DNA of 64,000 nucleotides from assembly GCA_016871445.1 (NCBI GenBank), contig VHDH01000005.1, forward strand, positions 1,842 through 65,841, read 5' to 3'. Under the pieces are notes generated by a model. It did not search any database and was not told the origin of the DNA. It saw only the letters and a list, made by a program, of their open reading frames with translations. This document shows, in pieces, positions 19,818 to 29,200 of the stretch. Origin of the DNA: Verrucomicrobiota bacterium (GTDB lineage Bacteria; Verrucomicrobiota; Verrucomicrobiia; Limisphaerales; SXTU01). Within the stretch, counting starts at the first letter, position 1; each line of letters opens with the position of its first letter. The position numbers and the translations under genes are program-made.

Positions 19818-19934
19818 TGTCAGTGCTTGCGATCCGACTGACCAATCGAACAGCACCTTCAAGGTTTTGCCCGCGAAAGAATGCGTTTGCATCTGCCCGT
19901 TGACCGGAACATTTTCGGCCAAGCCCAAAAACCT

Positions 19935-20669
19935 ATGAGTCAGCCTCACCGTAACAGCAAAGCACCTGTCGGTGGCTTTACCCTCATCGAACTGTTGGTG
20001 GTCATCGCCATCATTGCCATCTTGGCGGGCATGCTTCTCCCGGCGCTCGCAAAGGCAAAAGAAAAGAGCCGCGGCACCCTCTGCACCAGCAACATGAGGC
20101 AGGTAACGCTTGCCTTGAAGGTCTATGCGGACGACAACGACGGCGTCTTCATGCAGTTCGGGCGCAGCGGCACCAGTCCAAACAACCTGCTTGCGAACGC
20201 GACGGCGACATGGTGGCCGGACATCATGCGGAACATGAAATACATCCAGGACTTCAAGGCCTTCGAGTGCCCCAGCGTGACCTTTCACACCAACAAGCTC
20301 GCCATCGGGATGAATTATCCCGAGATCGGTGTCTGGCTCGACACGGCACCAAAAGTCCGCGAGAACATGGTCGCCAAGCCATCAGCAACGGTCACTCTTG
20401 CCGACGCTCAAGAGATCACCAACCCGATGGAACCCGATCCGGACAAGTGGATTCCGGCCACATCCACCCTCGGCCGTCCCTGGGTCTGCATCATCCAGCG
20501 GTGCCCAAGCGTCGCTGATTACAACACACTCCCCCAACGACCCGTCAACCGGCACAATCTCAAGTGCAACCTCGGCTTCGCGGACGGCCACGCTGAAATC
20601 GGCAAGTCGTCACAAATCGGATTTCAATTCCCGAGGGGGGACGCGCGGGCACAGTGGGACCGGGAATGA
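19935..20669 (+). CDS. Prepilin-type N-terminal cleavage/methylation protein with H-X9-DG motif (DUF1559 family)
   Basis: The ATG at 19935 gives [45 protein letters not shown] (G/FTLIE pilin leader). C-terminal [12 protein letters not shown] motif. Confidence 0.85.
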   Translation: MSQPHRNSKAPVGGFTLIELLVVIAIIAILAGMLLPALAKAKEKSRGTLCTSNMRQVTLALKVYADDNDGVFMQFGRSGTSPNNLLANATATWWPDIMRNMKYIQDFKAFECPSVTFHTNKLAIGMNYPEIGVWLDTAPKVRENMVAKPSATVTLADAQEITNPMEPDPDKWIPATSTLGRPWVCIIQRCPSVADYNTLPQRPVNRHNLKCNLGFADGHAEIGKSSQIGFQFPRGDARAQWDRE

Positions 20670-20980
20670 CCACGGCACTGAAAGCTTCGCTCCTTGCGCT
20701 GGCAGTTATAGTGGTGGCCGGTGGCATCGCCTGCAGGAAGCGCCCGGCACCAGTTCCGGCACCGGCGCCCAGCGTTGATCTGGCCGCCGCCGCACAACCT
20801 GTCACCGTCGAGCGAATCAGCCAAGCCCTGCAAACCTACATGCAAGTCAGCTCGGATTTCCCCAAAGACCTCAAGGTGCTGGTGGACATGAAGCTCCTGC
20901 CCAACCTCCCGCCACCGCCGCCGGGCAAGCAATACGTCATTGACCGGAAGGCCGTTCGCGTCTCGCTGGCGGACCAGTAA
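20666..20980 (+). CDS. Small lipoprotein with C-terminal PPPPPG-x-YVID motif (unnamed family; paralog of 53241..53588)
   Basis: Its ATG overlaps the upstream stop as ATGA (20666-20669). Signal and lipobox-like [23 protein letters not shown], then a Pro-rich linker, then C-terminus [23 protein letters not shown]. The ORF could alternatively start at 20654. Confidence 0.6.
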   Translation: MTTALKASLLALAVIVVAGGIACRKRPAPVPAPAPSVDLAAAAQPVTVERISQALQTYMQVSSDFPKDLKVLVDMKLLPNLPPPPPGKQYVIDRKAVRVSLADQ

Positions 20981-20989
20981 GGGGGAGGA

Positions 20990-23779
20990 CTACTCCACGT
21001 AGAGGAACCGGTTCGCCGTCAACAGAGCCTGGCAGAGGCTCGTGAGCGCGTGATCATTGGGGTTTGCGGGCGGGGCTTCTTTTCCCTTTGCCACCGGCGC
21101 GGCTTTCGGCGCGTTCGCGGTGAAGTGGGCGCGTTGCTTGCCAAGGAAGGCGAGGGCATCCGTCATCTCCGTGCTGCTCGGGCGGCGGCTGAAGGCCAGC
21201 TGCCAAGCGCGCGCGACCTTGGATTCGTCGGTCGAATCGCCGGCTTCCTGCGTGACGCGTTCGGCGAAGAACTTGGCCTGCGCGAGCGTGAACTCACCGT
21301 TCATCAGCGCGAGCGATTGCGGGGCGACGGTGCTGGCGTTTCGCAACTCGCAGTTCGGCTCCATGCGCGGCGAATCGAAGGTCTCCATCAACGAGAGCGG
21401 CTTGCTACGGCGCATCTGCACGTAGAGCGTGCGACGGAACTCCTCACCATCCAGCGAAACGAACTTCCCGCTCGGGCGGCCGGCGGTGTCATCGGTGTTC
21501 ACGCCCACGACGACTTGGCCGGTCTCGTCGGTCATGAGGGGCACGGGTGCGCCGCCGGCCTTCGGATTCAGTTTCCCGCTGACAGCGAAGAGCGCGTCGC
21601 GGAGTTGCTCGGCGTCGAGGCGACGGATGGGGAAGCGCCAGAGAAGTTTGTTGTCGGGATCGAGAGCGGAGGCCCGAGAGTGTTCAGTGTTCAGCAGGTC
21701 AGTGTTCAGTTTCTTGCCGGATGCCGAAGGGCCGCCTTTGCCCGACTGAACACTGGACACTGAATACTGATTACTCGTCCCGGACGCTTGCTTGTAGGCG
21801 ACGCTCGTCATCACGAGCTTGTGAAACTTCTTCAAACTCCACCCCTGCGCGACGAACTCGCTCGCCAGCCAGTCGAGCAACTCCGGGTGCGTGGGCCGCT
21901 CGCCCAGCGTGCCGAAGTCCGCCGGCGACGCCACGATGCCGCGCCCGAAGTGGTGCATCCAAACGCGGTTCACCAGCACGCGCGACGTGAGCGGGTGCGA
22001 GCCGTCCGTGAGCGTGCGCGCGTAGGCGAGGCGCCGTCCACTCGTGGGCAGCGCGGTATCCTTCTCCGGCAAATCCACCGGGCGCAGCGCGGCGAGGATG
22101 CTTAAGTCACCGGGCTTGAGCTGCTGCTTGGGCTGGTCGGGGTCGCCGCGATGGAAGAGGAACGTCGGAGCCGGGTCCGCCTTCGCGCCGCTGGCGACGA
22201 CCTCGTTGAAGACGGGGATGAACTCTTCCGCGGGCTTCTTCTCGCGAATCTTGGCGGCCTCATCGGCCTTCTTCTTCAATTCGTCGGCCATTTTCTGCTC
22301 GTAGAGATAGAGGGAGCCGGGGCTGAGTTGCATCACGGTCGGATGCTCTTTCAGCAGCTTGGTCTGTGCGGGATTGCGTTTGGCGACGACAGTCTTGTAA
22401 GCCTCGCGCAGCGGCGCGCGTAGTTCCTCGGGCCGCTTGAGCAATTCCTTTTCCAGCACCTCGTTGATGAACTCGTCCTGCTGCTTGAGCCGCGCGTCCT
22501 CAATGACCTTCGCCTCTTTCTCTACCTCGGTGGCCTTCGCGCGGGCTTCGTCTGACATCAGCGAGACTAGCCGTGCGTTCGGCGTGCGCCAGGTGCGGAG
22601 GTCGAAGCCCGGCTCGAAGACCGCGCGCAGCCGGTAGTAATCCGCCTGCGGAATCGGGTCGTGCTTGTGGTTGTGGCACTGTGCGCAGCCGACGGTCACG
22701 CCGAGCAGCGAGCTGGAAACGACTTTGATGGTGTCCGCGACGACGGCGTTGCGTGCGACCTTCTGCTCCACGCCGGAATTTGCCGTGCCATCGGGGGCCA
22801 TGCGGAGGAAACCGGTGGCGGTGAGTTTGTCCACGTCGGCGGGCGCGAGGTTCTTGAACGGCGGCTTCACCAACTCATCGCCCGCGAGTTGCTCGACAAT
22901 GAACTCGTTGAACGGCTTGTCCGCGTTGATCGAGCGGATGACGTAGTCGCGGTATTTCCAAGCCCATTTGCGCTCAGGGTCGGCGTCGGTGTAGCCATCG
23001 GAGTCCGCGTAGCCCGCGATGTCCAGCCAGTGACGGCCCCAGCGCTCGCCGTAGTGCGGCGAAGCGAGCAGGCGATCGAGCAGCTTCTCGTAGGCGTCCG
23101 GTGAAGTGTCCTTCTCAAACGCCTCGACCTCCGCCGGCGAGGGGGGCAAGCCCAGCAAATCGAAGCTTGCGCGGCGGATGAGCGTGGCGCGGTCTGCGGA
23201 CGGGGAGAAGGCGAGCTTGGCAGCGGCGAGCTTTTGGCCGATGAACGCGTCCACTGCATGCGGGGCAGCTGAAGACTGAACACTTGGAACTGGCGGCCGC
23301 TTCACCGGCTGAAATGCCCAGTGCGCCCGCTCCTCCGGCGTGAAGTCATCCGCTGCGCCGGGCTTCGCCGGCTCCACGCGCGCGACCTTCGCGCCGCCGA
23401 GAATCCATTGGCGCAGCAACTCAATCTTGTCCGCTGGCAGCTTCTTGTTCTCGCCCTTCGGCATCTCGCCATCGCGGACCATCGTGAAGAGACGACTCTT
23501 CTCCGGGTTGCCTGGCACGATGGCTGGGCCGTGCTCGCCGCCCTTGGCGATGAGATGCCGCAGCCGCACATCAAGACCGCCCTTCACCTGCTCCTCTTCG
23601 CCGTGGCAGTGAAGGCAGTTCGCCTTGAGAATCGGCCGAATGTCCTTCTCGAAGGTCAGCGGACCGGCCGCAGCGGGCTTCGGCGCGGGAGCCGCGACGA
23701 GGGCGCCCGCCACCAAACCGACGCCGCCGCAAAGCCCATTGCGGATGCCTCGAAAACGGGACTTCAAAACGCTGAACAC
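20990..23779 (-). CDS. PSCyt1 / DUF1549 (PSCyt2) / DUF1553 (PSD1) protein, planctomycete-type cytochrome-domain protein
   Basis: 929-aa ORF with GTG start. N-terminal heme-type motif ILKANCLHCHGEEEQVKGGLDVR. DUF1549-like ASFDLLGLPPSPAEVEAF and HYGERWGRHWLDIAGYADSDG. DUF1553-like C-terminal half (LLWRFPIRRLDAEQLRDA, FDSPRMEPNC). Confidence 0.85.
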   Translation of the reverse strand: MFSVLKSRFRGIRNGLCGGVGLVAGALVAAPAPKPAAAGPLTFEKDIRPILKANCLHCHGEEEQVKGGLDVRLRHLIAKGGEHGPAIVPGNPEKSRLFTMVRDGEMPKGENKKLPADKIELLRQWILGGAKVARVEPAKPGAADDFTPEERAHWAFQPVKRPPVPSVQSSAAPHAVDAFIGQKLAAAKLAFSPSADRATLIRRASFDLLGLPPSPAEVEAFEKDTSPDAYEKLLDRLLASPHYGERWGRHWLDIAGYADSDGYTDADPERKWAWKYRDYVIRSINADKPFNEFIVEQLAGDELVKPPFKNLAPADVDKLTATGFLRMAPDGTANSGVEQKVARNAVVADTIKVVSSSLLGVTVGCAQCHNHKHDPIPQADYYRLRAVFEPGFDLRTWRTPNARLVSLMSDEARAKATEVEKEAKVIEDARLKQQDEFINEVLEKELLKRPEELRAPLREAYKTVVAKRNPAQTKLLKEHPTVMQLSPGSLYLYEQKMADELKKKADEAAKIREKKPAEEFIPVFNEVVASGAKADPAPTFLFHRGDPDQPKQQLKPGDLSILAALRPVDLPEKDTALPTSGRRLAYARTLTDGSHPLTSRVLVNRVWMHHFGRGIVASPADFGTLGERPTHPELLDWLASEFVAQGWSLKKFHKLVMTSVAYKQASGTSNQYSVSSVQSGKGGPSASGKKLNTDLLNTEHSRASALDPDNKLLWRFPIRRLDAEQLRDALFAVSGKLNPKAGGAPVPLMTDETGQVVVGVNTDDTAGRPSGKFVSLDGEEFRRTLYVQMRRSKPLSLMETFDSPRMEPNCELRNASTVAPQSLALMNGEFTLAQAKFFAERVTQEAGDSTDESKVARAWQLAFSRRPSSTEMTDALAFLGKQRAHFTANAPKAAPVAKGKEAPPANPNDHALTSLCQALLTANRFLYVE
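21677..21769. repeat. Imperfect palindromic element built from GTGTTCA heptamers, embedded in frame in the PSCyt/DUF1553 CDS
   Basis: Left arm AGTGTTCAGTGTTCAGCAGGTCAGTGTTCAGT, 34-nt GC-rich spacer, right arm ACTGAACACTGGACACTGAATACTG. The inner 11 bp (CAGTGTTCAGT/ACTGAACACTG) are perfectly complementary. The 93 nt equal 31 codons (QYSVSSVQSGKGGPSASGKKLNTDLLNTEHS). Confidence 0.7.
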
Positions 23780-24167
23780 GCTTTAGTTGACCGCCGGTTT
23801 AAGCGGCCAATTCACCGGACCGCTTGACACTTATTCGGTGGGCGACAACCTCCCCGCATGCGCTTCAACCGCCGCAAAGTCCTGCTCGCCGCCGGAGGGG
23901 TTGCTTTCGGATGCTGGTGACCGCACGCGGCAGGGTGGCCGATGTATTGTAAATCTAAAGAAGCATGCTGAAACGGGCGGCGACACGTCGCAATTCAAGC
24001 GTGTCGAAACCCCGGTGGCCAACCGGCGCGGGCGCGACGCGCCAAATTCCGGGCTTCGCCAGCCGGCCCTGCTTTGGCACGCTGCGCTCATGGGCATCTC
24101 GCCAAGGCAGTTCGAACAGTTGCAAAGCCGCGTGCGCGGGGCGAGGCGCCGCGCATCGACTGCTGAT

Positions 24168-24701
24168 ATGAGGGTTTCCTCGGCGGCTTCCAACCGCGGG
24201 CATGAAATCATCCTTGGCGTGGATCCGTCGCTGCGCGGGACGGGCTTTGGCGTCATCCGCGCCATCAAGCCGCAGCCGGTCGCGCTCGCGCTGGGGACGA
24301 TTACCTGCCCGGCCAGCTGGGCGCGCTCGCGGTGCCTCGCGAAGATTCACCAGACGCTGGCTGAAGTGATCCAGGAGCACCAGCCGACGCTGTGCGTGGT
24401 GGAGGGGCTCTTCTTCGCCCAAAACCTCCAGACGGCACTCATCATGGGCGAGGCGCGCGGTGCGGCGCTCGTGGCCGCGGCGACGGCGGGCCTGGAAATC
24501 ACCGAGATAGCGCCGCGCAAGGTGAAGCAGGCCATCGTCGGCTACGGCGCAGCTCAGAAGCTGGCGGTAGCCAAGATGGTGCAGCGCAGGTTGAACCTCG
24601 CCGCGTTGCCCGATCCCGATGCGGCCGATGCACTCGCGCTCGCGCTGGCACACTGCCAAGGTGTCGGTCGTTTTTCGCTGGCGTCACCTAAACGCATCTA
24701 A
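24168..24701 (+). CDS. ruvC: Crossover junction endodeoxyribonuclease RuvC
   Basis: The ORF extends upstream to 23787; the ATG at 24168 precedes IILGVDPSLRGTGFGVI (RuvC N-terminal catalytic Asp). Also has EGLFFAQNLQTALIMGEARG and DAADALALALAH. An alternative start lies at 24090. Confidence 0.85.
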   Translation: MRVSSAASNRGHEIILGVDPSLRGTGFGVIRAIKPQPVALALGTITCPASWARSRCLAKIHQTLAEVIQEHQPTLCVVEGLFFAQNLQTALIMGEARGAALVAAATAGLEITEIAPRKVKQAIVGYGAAQKLAVAKMVQRRLNLAALPDPDAADALALALAHCQGVGRFSLASPKRI

Positions 24702-24784
24702 CATCCCACGGGCGAAGCGGGACGGGGTACTCGGTATTTTGCCATTGCACGCGTGAGGGGCGAACTGGCCGCTGGCAGCCAGGG

Positions 24785-26143
24785 CTATCCCAGCGTCCAG
24801 CCCTGGCGATAGGCGCGCTGGATGAAAGGCTGCGCTTCAGGCGCGTTCTTTGCACGCATGGTCGCGGCGTCCCACTCGAGCTTCTTGCCCGCCCGGAAGG
24901 CTACGTTGCCGAGGTGATTTGCCTCGGTGAGCCAGCCAGAATACTCGAAGTTCGCGCTTGGCTGTGTGCCGTTACGGATGGCACTTAACCAGTCGTCGTA
25001 ATGGCTCTTCACGCGCGGGATGGTCGGCGCGGGGCGCTTAAAGTCAGCAAAGTCCTGCTCTGGCAGCAGCACGTGTTTGCTGTAGTCCGAGAGTAACATG
25101 CCTTTGTCGCCCACGAAGAGATGGCCGTTGCCCCATTGCGGAATCTTGTTCTCCGTCCAGAGCTTGGGTTTGTCCTCCCCTTGATACCACGTGAGCTTGA
25201 CCGGCGGCATCCCCGCGCGCGCGGCGTATTCATAGGTGCAGTGCATCGAGGCCGGCGCGATCTCGCGGTGCACAGGTGGGCCAAAGGCCTCGATGGTCAG
25301 CGGGGCCTTCAGCTTGAGCGCCCAAAATGGCAGGTCGTTCCAGTGCGAACCCAAGTCGCTCATCGTGCCGTTGCCGAAGTCCCACCAGCGATACCACTTC
25401 GGCCCGGGGAAATAGACCTCGTTGAAGGGCCGCTCCGGTGCGGGGCCAAGCCACAGATCCCAGTCCAACCCAGCGGGAATGGGTGACGCCTCCTTCGGGC
25501 GGTCGGTGACGTTGACGATGTCTCTGTTGCGCGCCGCCGCTTCCGCACTTTGCAAACCCCACGCACGCGACACCCACACATGTGCTTCCCGCACGCCGCC
25601 GATGGCTCCGCTCTGAATCAGCTCGACCACGCGCCGATAATTCTCAGTGGCGTGGATTTGAATCCCCATCTGCGTGGCAAGCTTCGGGCGCGCGGCCGCG
25701 GCCTCGCGGACTTTACGGGCTTCGTAAATGTTATAGGTCAGCGGCTTCTCACAATAAACGTGCTTCCCGGCCTGCAGCGCCATCATCGTGGCGAAGGCGT
25801 GCGTGTGCTCGCAGGTGCTCACGACCACGGCATCGTAATCCTTCGCGTGGTCGAAGAGCTTGCGGAAGTCGGTGAAGGTCGCGGCCTGCGGATGCTTCGC
25901 TTTGGCGGAGTCGAGGTTGCGCTGGTTCACATCGCACAGCGCGGCGATGTATTCCGTCTGCGCCACGCCGCCCATGTTCGCGCCGCCACGGCCGCCCGAG
26001 CCAACGATGGCAACGGCGAGTTTGTCGTTCGGGTTGCAGGCGCGTGTGATGGCCGGAAAGCCGAGCGCAGCAGCAGCGAGCGCGGTCTGCGTAAAACGAC
26101 GCCGGGACTGCGGGGTGACGAGATTGGATTTCATGGGCGCCAT
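24785..26143 (-). CDS. Tat-exported Gfo/Idh/MocA-family oxidoreductase (GH109-like architecture)
   Basis: 452-aa ORF. Twin-arginine signal [20 protein letters not shown], Rossmann motif [11 protein letters not shown], and EKP motif HVYCEKPLT. Confidence 0.8.
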   Translation of the reverse strand: MAPMKSNLVTPQSRRRFTQTALAAAALGFPAITRACNPNDKLAVAIVGSGGRGGANMGGVAQTEYIAALCDVNQRNLDSAKAKHPQAATFTDFRKLFDHAKDYDAVVVSTCEHTHAFATMMALQAGKHVYCEKPLTYNIYEARKVREAAAARPKLATQMGIQIHATENYRRVVELIQSGAIGGVREAHVWVSRAWGLQSAEAAARNRDIVNVTDRPKEASPIPAGLDWDLWLGPAPERPFNEVYFPGPKWYRWWDFGNGTMSDLGSHWNDLPFWALKLKAPLTIEAFGPPVHREIAPASMHCTYEYAARAGMPPVKLTWYQGEDKPKLWTENKIPQWGNGHLFVGDKGMLLSDYSKHVLLPEQDFADFKRPAPTIPRVKSHYDDWLSAIRNGTQPSANFEYSGWLTEANHLGNVAFRAGKKLEWDAATMRAKNAPEAQPFIQRAYRQGWTLG

Positions 26144-26208
26144 GTCAGACGAAGCCCAGAGTAAGATCTATCAAGCCGCTCTCCGCATGAGCGGGCGCCA
26201 TGCCCGCG

Positions 26209-29200
26209 CTACTTCGCCATGACAATTTCGAGCGTCTCCTCGCGCTTGTGCGGCGCGTCCTCCTCGGCTTCCACGTCGGGCACAGCGGCGGGCGGAACCA
26301 GCGGCTGACCGACATGCGCACGCTCGGCAGCCGGTTCGTCCTGTTTGTGGAACTTCACACTGACGATCTTACTCACGCCGTGCTCTTGCATCGTCACGCC
26401 GTAGAGGACGTCAGCGATGCCGATGGTGCGCTTGTTGTGAGTGATGATGACAAACTGCGAGTGCTCGAGGAAGCGCTGCAACACGCGGATGAAGCGGTTG
26501 ATATTTGACTCATCGAGCGGCGCGTCTAGCTCATCAAGCACGCAGAACGGCGAGGGCTTTACTTGGTAGATCGAGAAGAGCAGGGCAACGGCCGTCATAG
26601 TCTGCTCGCCACCGGAGAGCAGGCTGATGCTCTGGAGCTGTTTGCCGGGCGGCTTGGCAACGATGTCGACGCCGGATTCAAGCAGGTCGTTCTCGTCCAC
26701 AAGCACGAGGTCGGCTTTGCCACCGCCGAAGATCTCCACGAACATCGCGCGGAAGTTCTCCCGGATCTTGGCAAAGGTTTCAGCGAACATTGTCTGCGTC
26801 TGCGTGTTGATTTTATTGATGACTTCAAGGAGTTGCGCCTTTGCTTGCACCAAGTCCTCGTGCTGCTTGCTAAGGAAGGCGTGACGCGTCTCGGCTTCCT
26901 CGTATTCCTCGATCGAGGCGTGATTCACAGGGCCCATGTCATCGAGCTTCTTTTGCAAGACAGCGACCTGCTCGGCGACTTTCTCCCAGTCCGTCGCCAT
27001 GCCGCGGTTCGCCATCTCCTCAGGGGAAATTGTTTCTATCATGGGCGCACCCTCGGCAGCGTAGGTGATGGTGATGCACTCGCTCCGAATGTCGTCGAGG
27101 TTGAGGGCATACTTCTCCTGGATGCGCTGGCGGAGATTCTGCACCTGCATCGTCTTTTGCGTCAGCTCGATGTCAATCGCGCTCCGGCGGCCCTGCAGTT
27201 CGCCAAGCTGCCGCCGTTGCTCGCGCAAGCCTTCCTCACGGAGCTGGATGTCGCCCTCCTGTGCGGTCTTCTGCACGCCCAGCTCGGTCACACGCAGGCT
27301 CACCTGTGTGCGTTCGTGCTGGAGGCGCTCAATCTGGCGGCGCGAGTCGGCGATTTCGCCTTCAGCCTGCGTTTTACGCGTGGCGAATGCGCCAATTTCG
27401 CTGTGGCGCGTCGCGATCAACTGCTCTAGCTCGCGGATGCGACCTTCGAGTGGAGTCTTCTGCCCGGCGAAACTGCGGACGAGCTGTTCTTCCGTGGCCG
27501 TGGCAACCTTTGTGTCATTTGACGCCGCCAACGCGGTGTCGCGCTGGTGGCGGAGCGAGTCAATGGCCGCGCCCAGTTCTGCAACGCGCGCGGTAACAGT
27601 TTTCTCGCCAACTTCGAGGTCGGCCCCTTTCGTCGCCAGTACATCGTGCTTGGCCTTGCCTTCCTGCTCTTGCGCAGCCAGCGACTGGATTTCGTAAACC
27701 ACCGTGTCAATCCGGTTTTGCAAGTTTTGCAGCGAAGAATGGAGTGCCTTGAACTCACCCTCGCGCGAGGCGATGGCAACCTCCTGCGCGCGCAGGTCGG
27801 ATTGCGCTTGGTGCAGGGTCGCCTGCAAAGCTGTCTGCTCGCTTTGCAGCGTGCCTTTTTTACGGCTGATCTCGTCAGCTTGTGCCTGCGCTTGCTCGAC
27901 TTCGGTCTTGAGGCCGGTGATCTGGTTTTTGCGGCCGAGAATAGAGGATGGCGCCTTGCCGTTGTCTGTGCCATTCAGCGAACCACCAGTGAAAATGCCC
28001 TGCCGGTTGAGTAAATCGCCGGTGAGGGTGGCGAAATTGTAAGCGCCGTTCGTTTGCTGCCACGCGGCGGTGGCGGCGGCAAGGTCGGCCACAATGCGCG
28101 TGTTGCCCAGCAAACCGTTGATGAGGTAGGCGACCGACGGCTCCGCCTCAATGACCTTGAGCGCGAACTCACCCGGGGCATCGGCTGGACCCACGGCCGG
28201 CGCGAACATCGGGTTTTTTAGGCCGAGGCAACCGATGTTGGCGCGGCCCTTTTTGTTTGCCGTGAGGTCGGCAAAAATCTCTCGTGCAGCCTCAGGCTGT
28301 TCGGTGAGCACGAGCTGCAGGTGGTGACCAAGCGCGCTTTCAATCGCCACCACATACTGGTCCGGCACGCGGATCCGGTCAGCGAGGGTGCCTAATGCGA
28401 GCTTGGACTGCTTGAGCGCAGCTTGCGCGCCAGCGCTAAAGCCCTCGTGGCTGCCCTGCAGCTGTTCAAGCACGTTGAGGCGTGACTTGGCGCCGGCTTG
28501 GGCGCGCAACACACCGTCGAGCGACTGACTTACCTCATTAATTTCCCCTTGGATGTCGCGGAGGCGCTGCTGGCGTTCCTCGACTGTGCCGCGCTGGGCA
28601 ACGACGTTTAGCTTCTCACTCTCTACGTTGGCCGCAAACTCTGCGAGGCGCGCATCGAGTCGCCCGCGTTCCTCCTCGAGTTGGATTTTCTCTGAAGAAA
28701 GCTTTTCTAGCCGGACGAGGTTGCCCTGTTTTTGCAACTCCAGCGCGTTGATCTCGTTGCGCACGCGGCTGAGTTGCTGGGAAGAGTTAAAGGCTTCGGT
28801 CTGCGCGCGGCGGAGCTCTTCCTGCCGGGCGAGCAGCTCGCGCTCAGCTGTCTGCACGGCTTGCTGCTTGGCGCTGAGTTCGATGCGGAGGGCTTCAAGT
28901 TTCCGCTGAGAATCAGTCAACCGTTGCGTGACGCTGATGAGTTCCTGCCGCGCATAACCAATGCGTTCCTCGGACTCCGTGATGTCGCGGAAGGCCTTGG
29001 TGTTCTGCGCTTCCAACTCGCGAAGGCGCTCCTCGTTGAACTGAATGCGGCTTTCGTGCCGCTCGCTCTGGGCCTTGAGTTCGAGACCCTGCTGTTGTGC
29101 CCCGCTGATTTGCGCATCGAGCTCGGTAAGCTGATGGCGGAGCTGCTGTAACTCATCCTCGCTGCGCAAGACGCTTCGTGAAAGGTCCTCCATCTCGGCG

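Noticed and set aside
19818-20288. N-terminal 157-aa extension of the DUF1501 ORF (18369..20288)
   Set aside because: The extension overlaps the DUF1559 gene in antisense. The twin-arginine signal typical of DUF1501 starts at ATG 19817.
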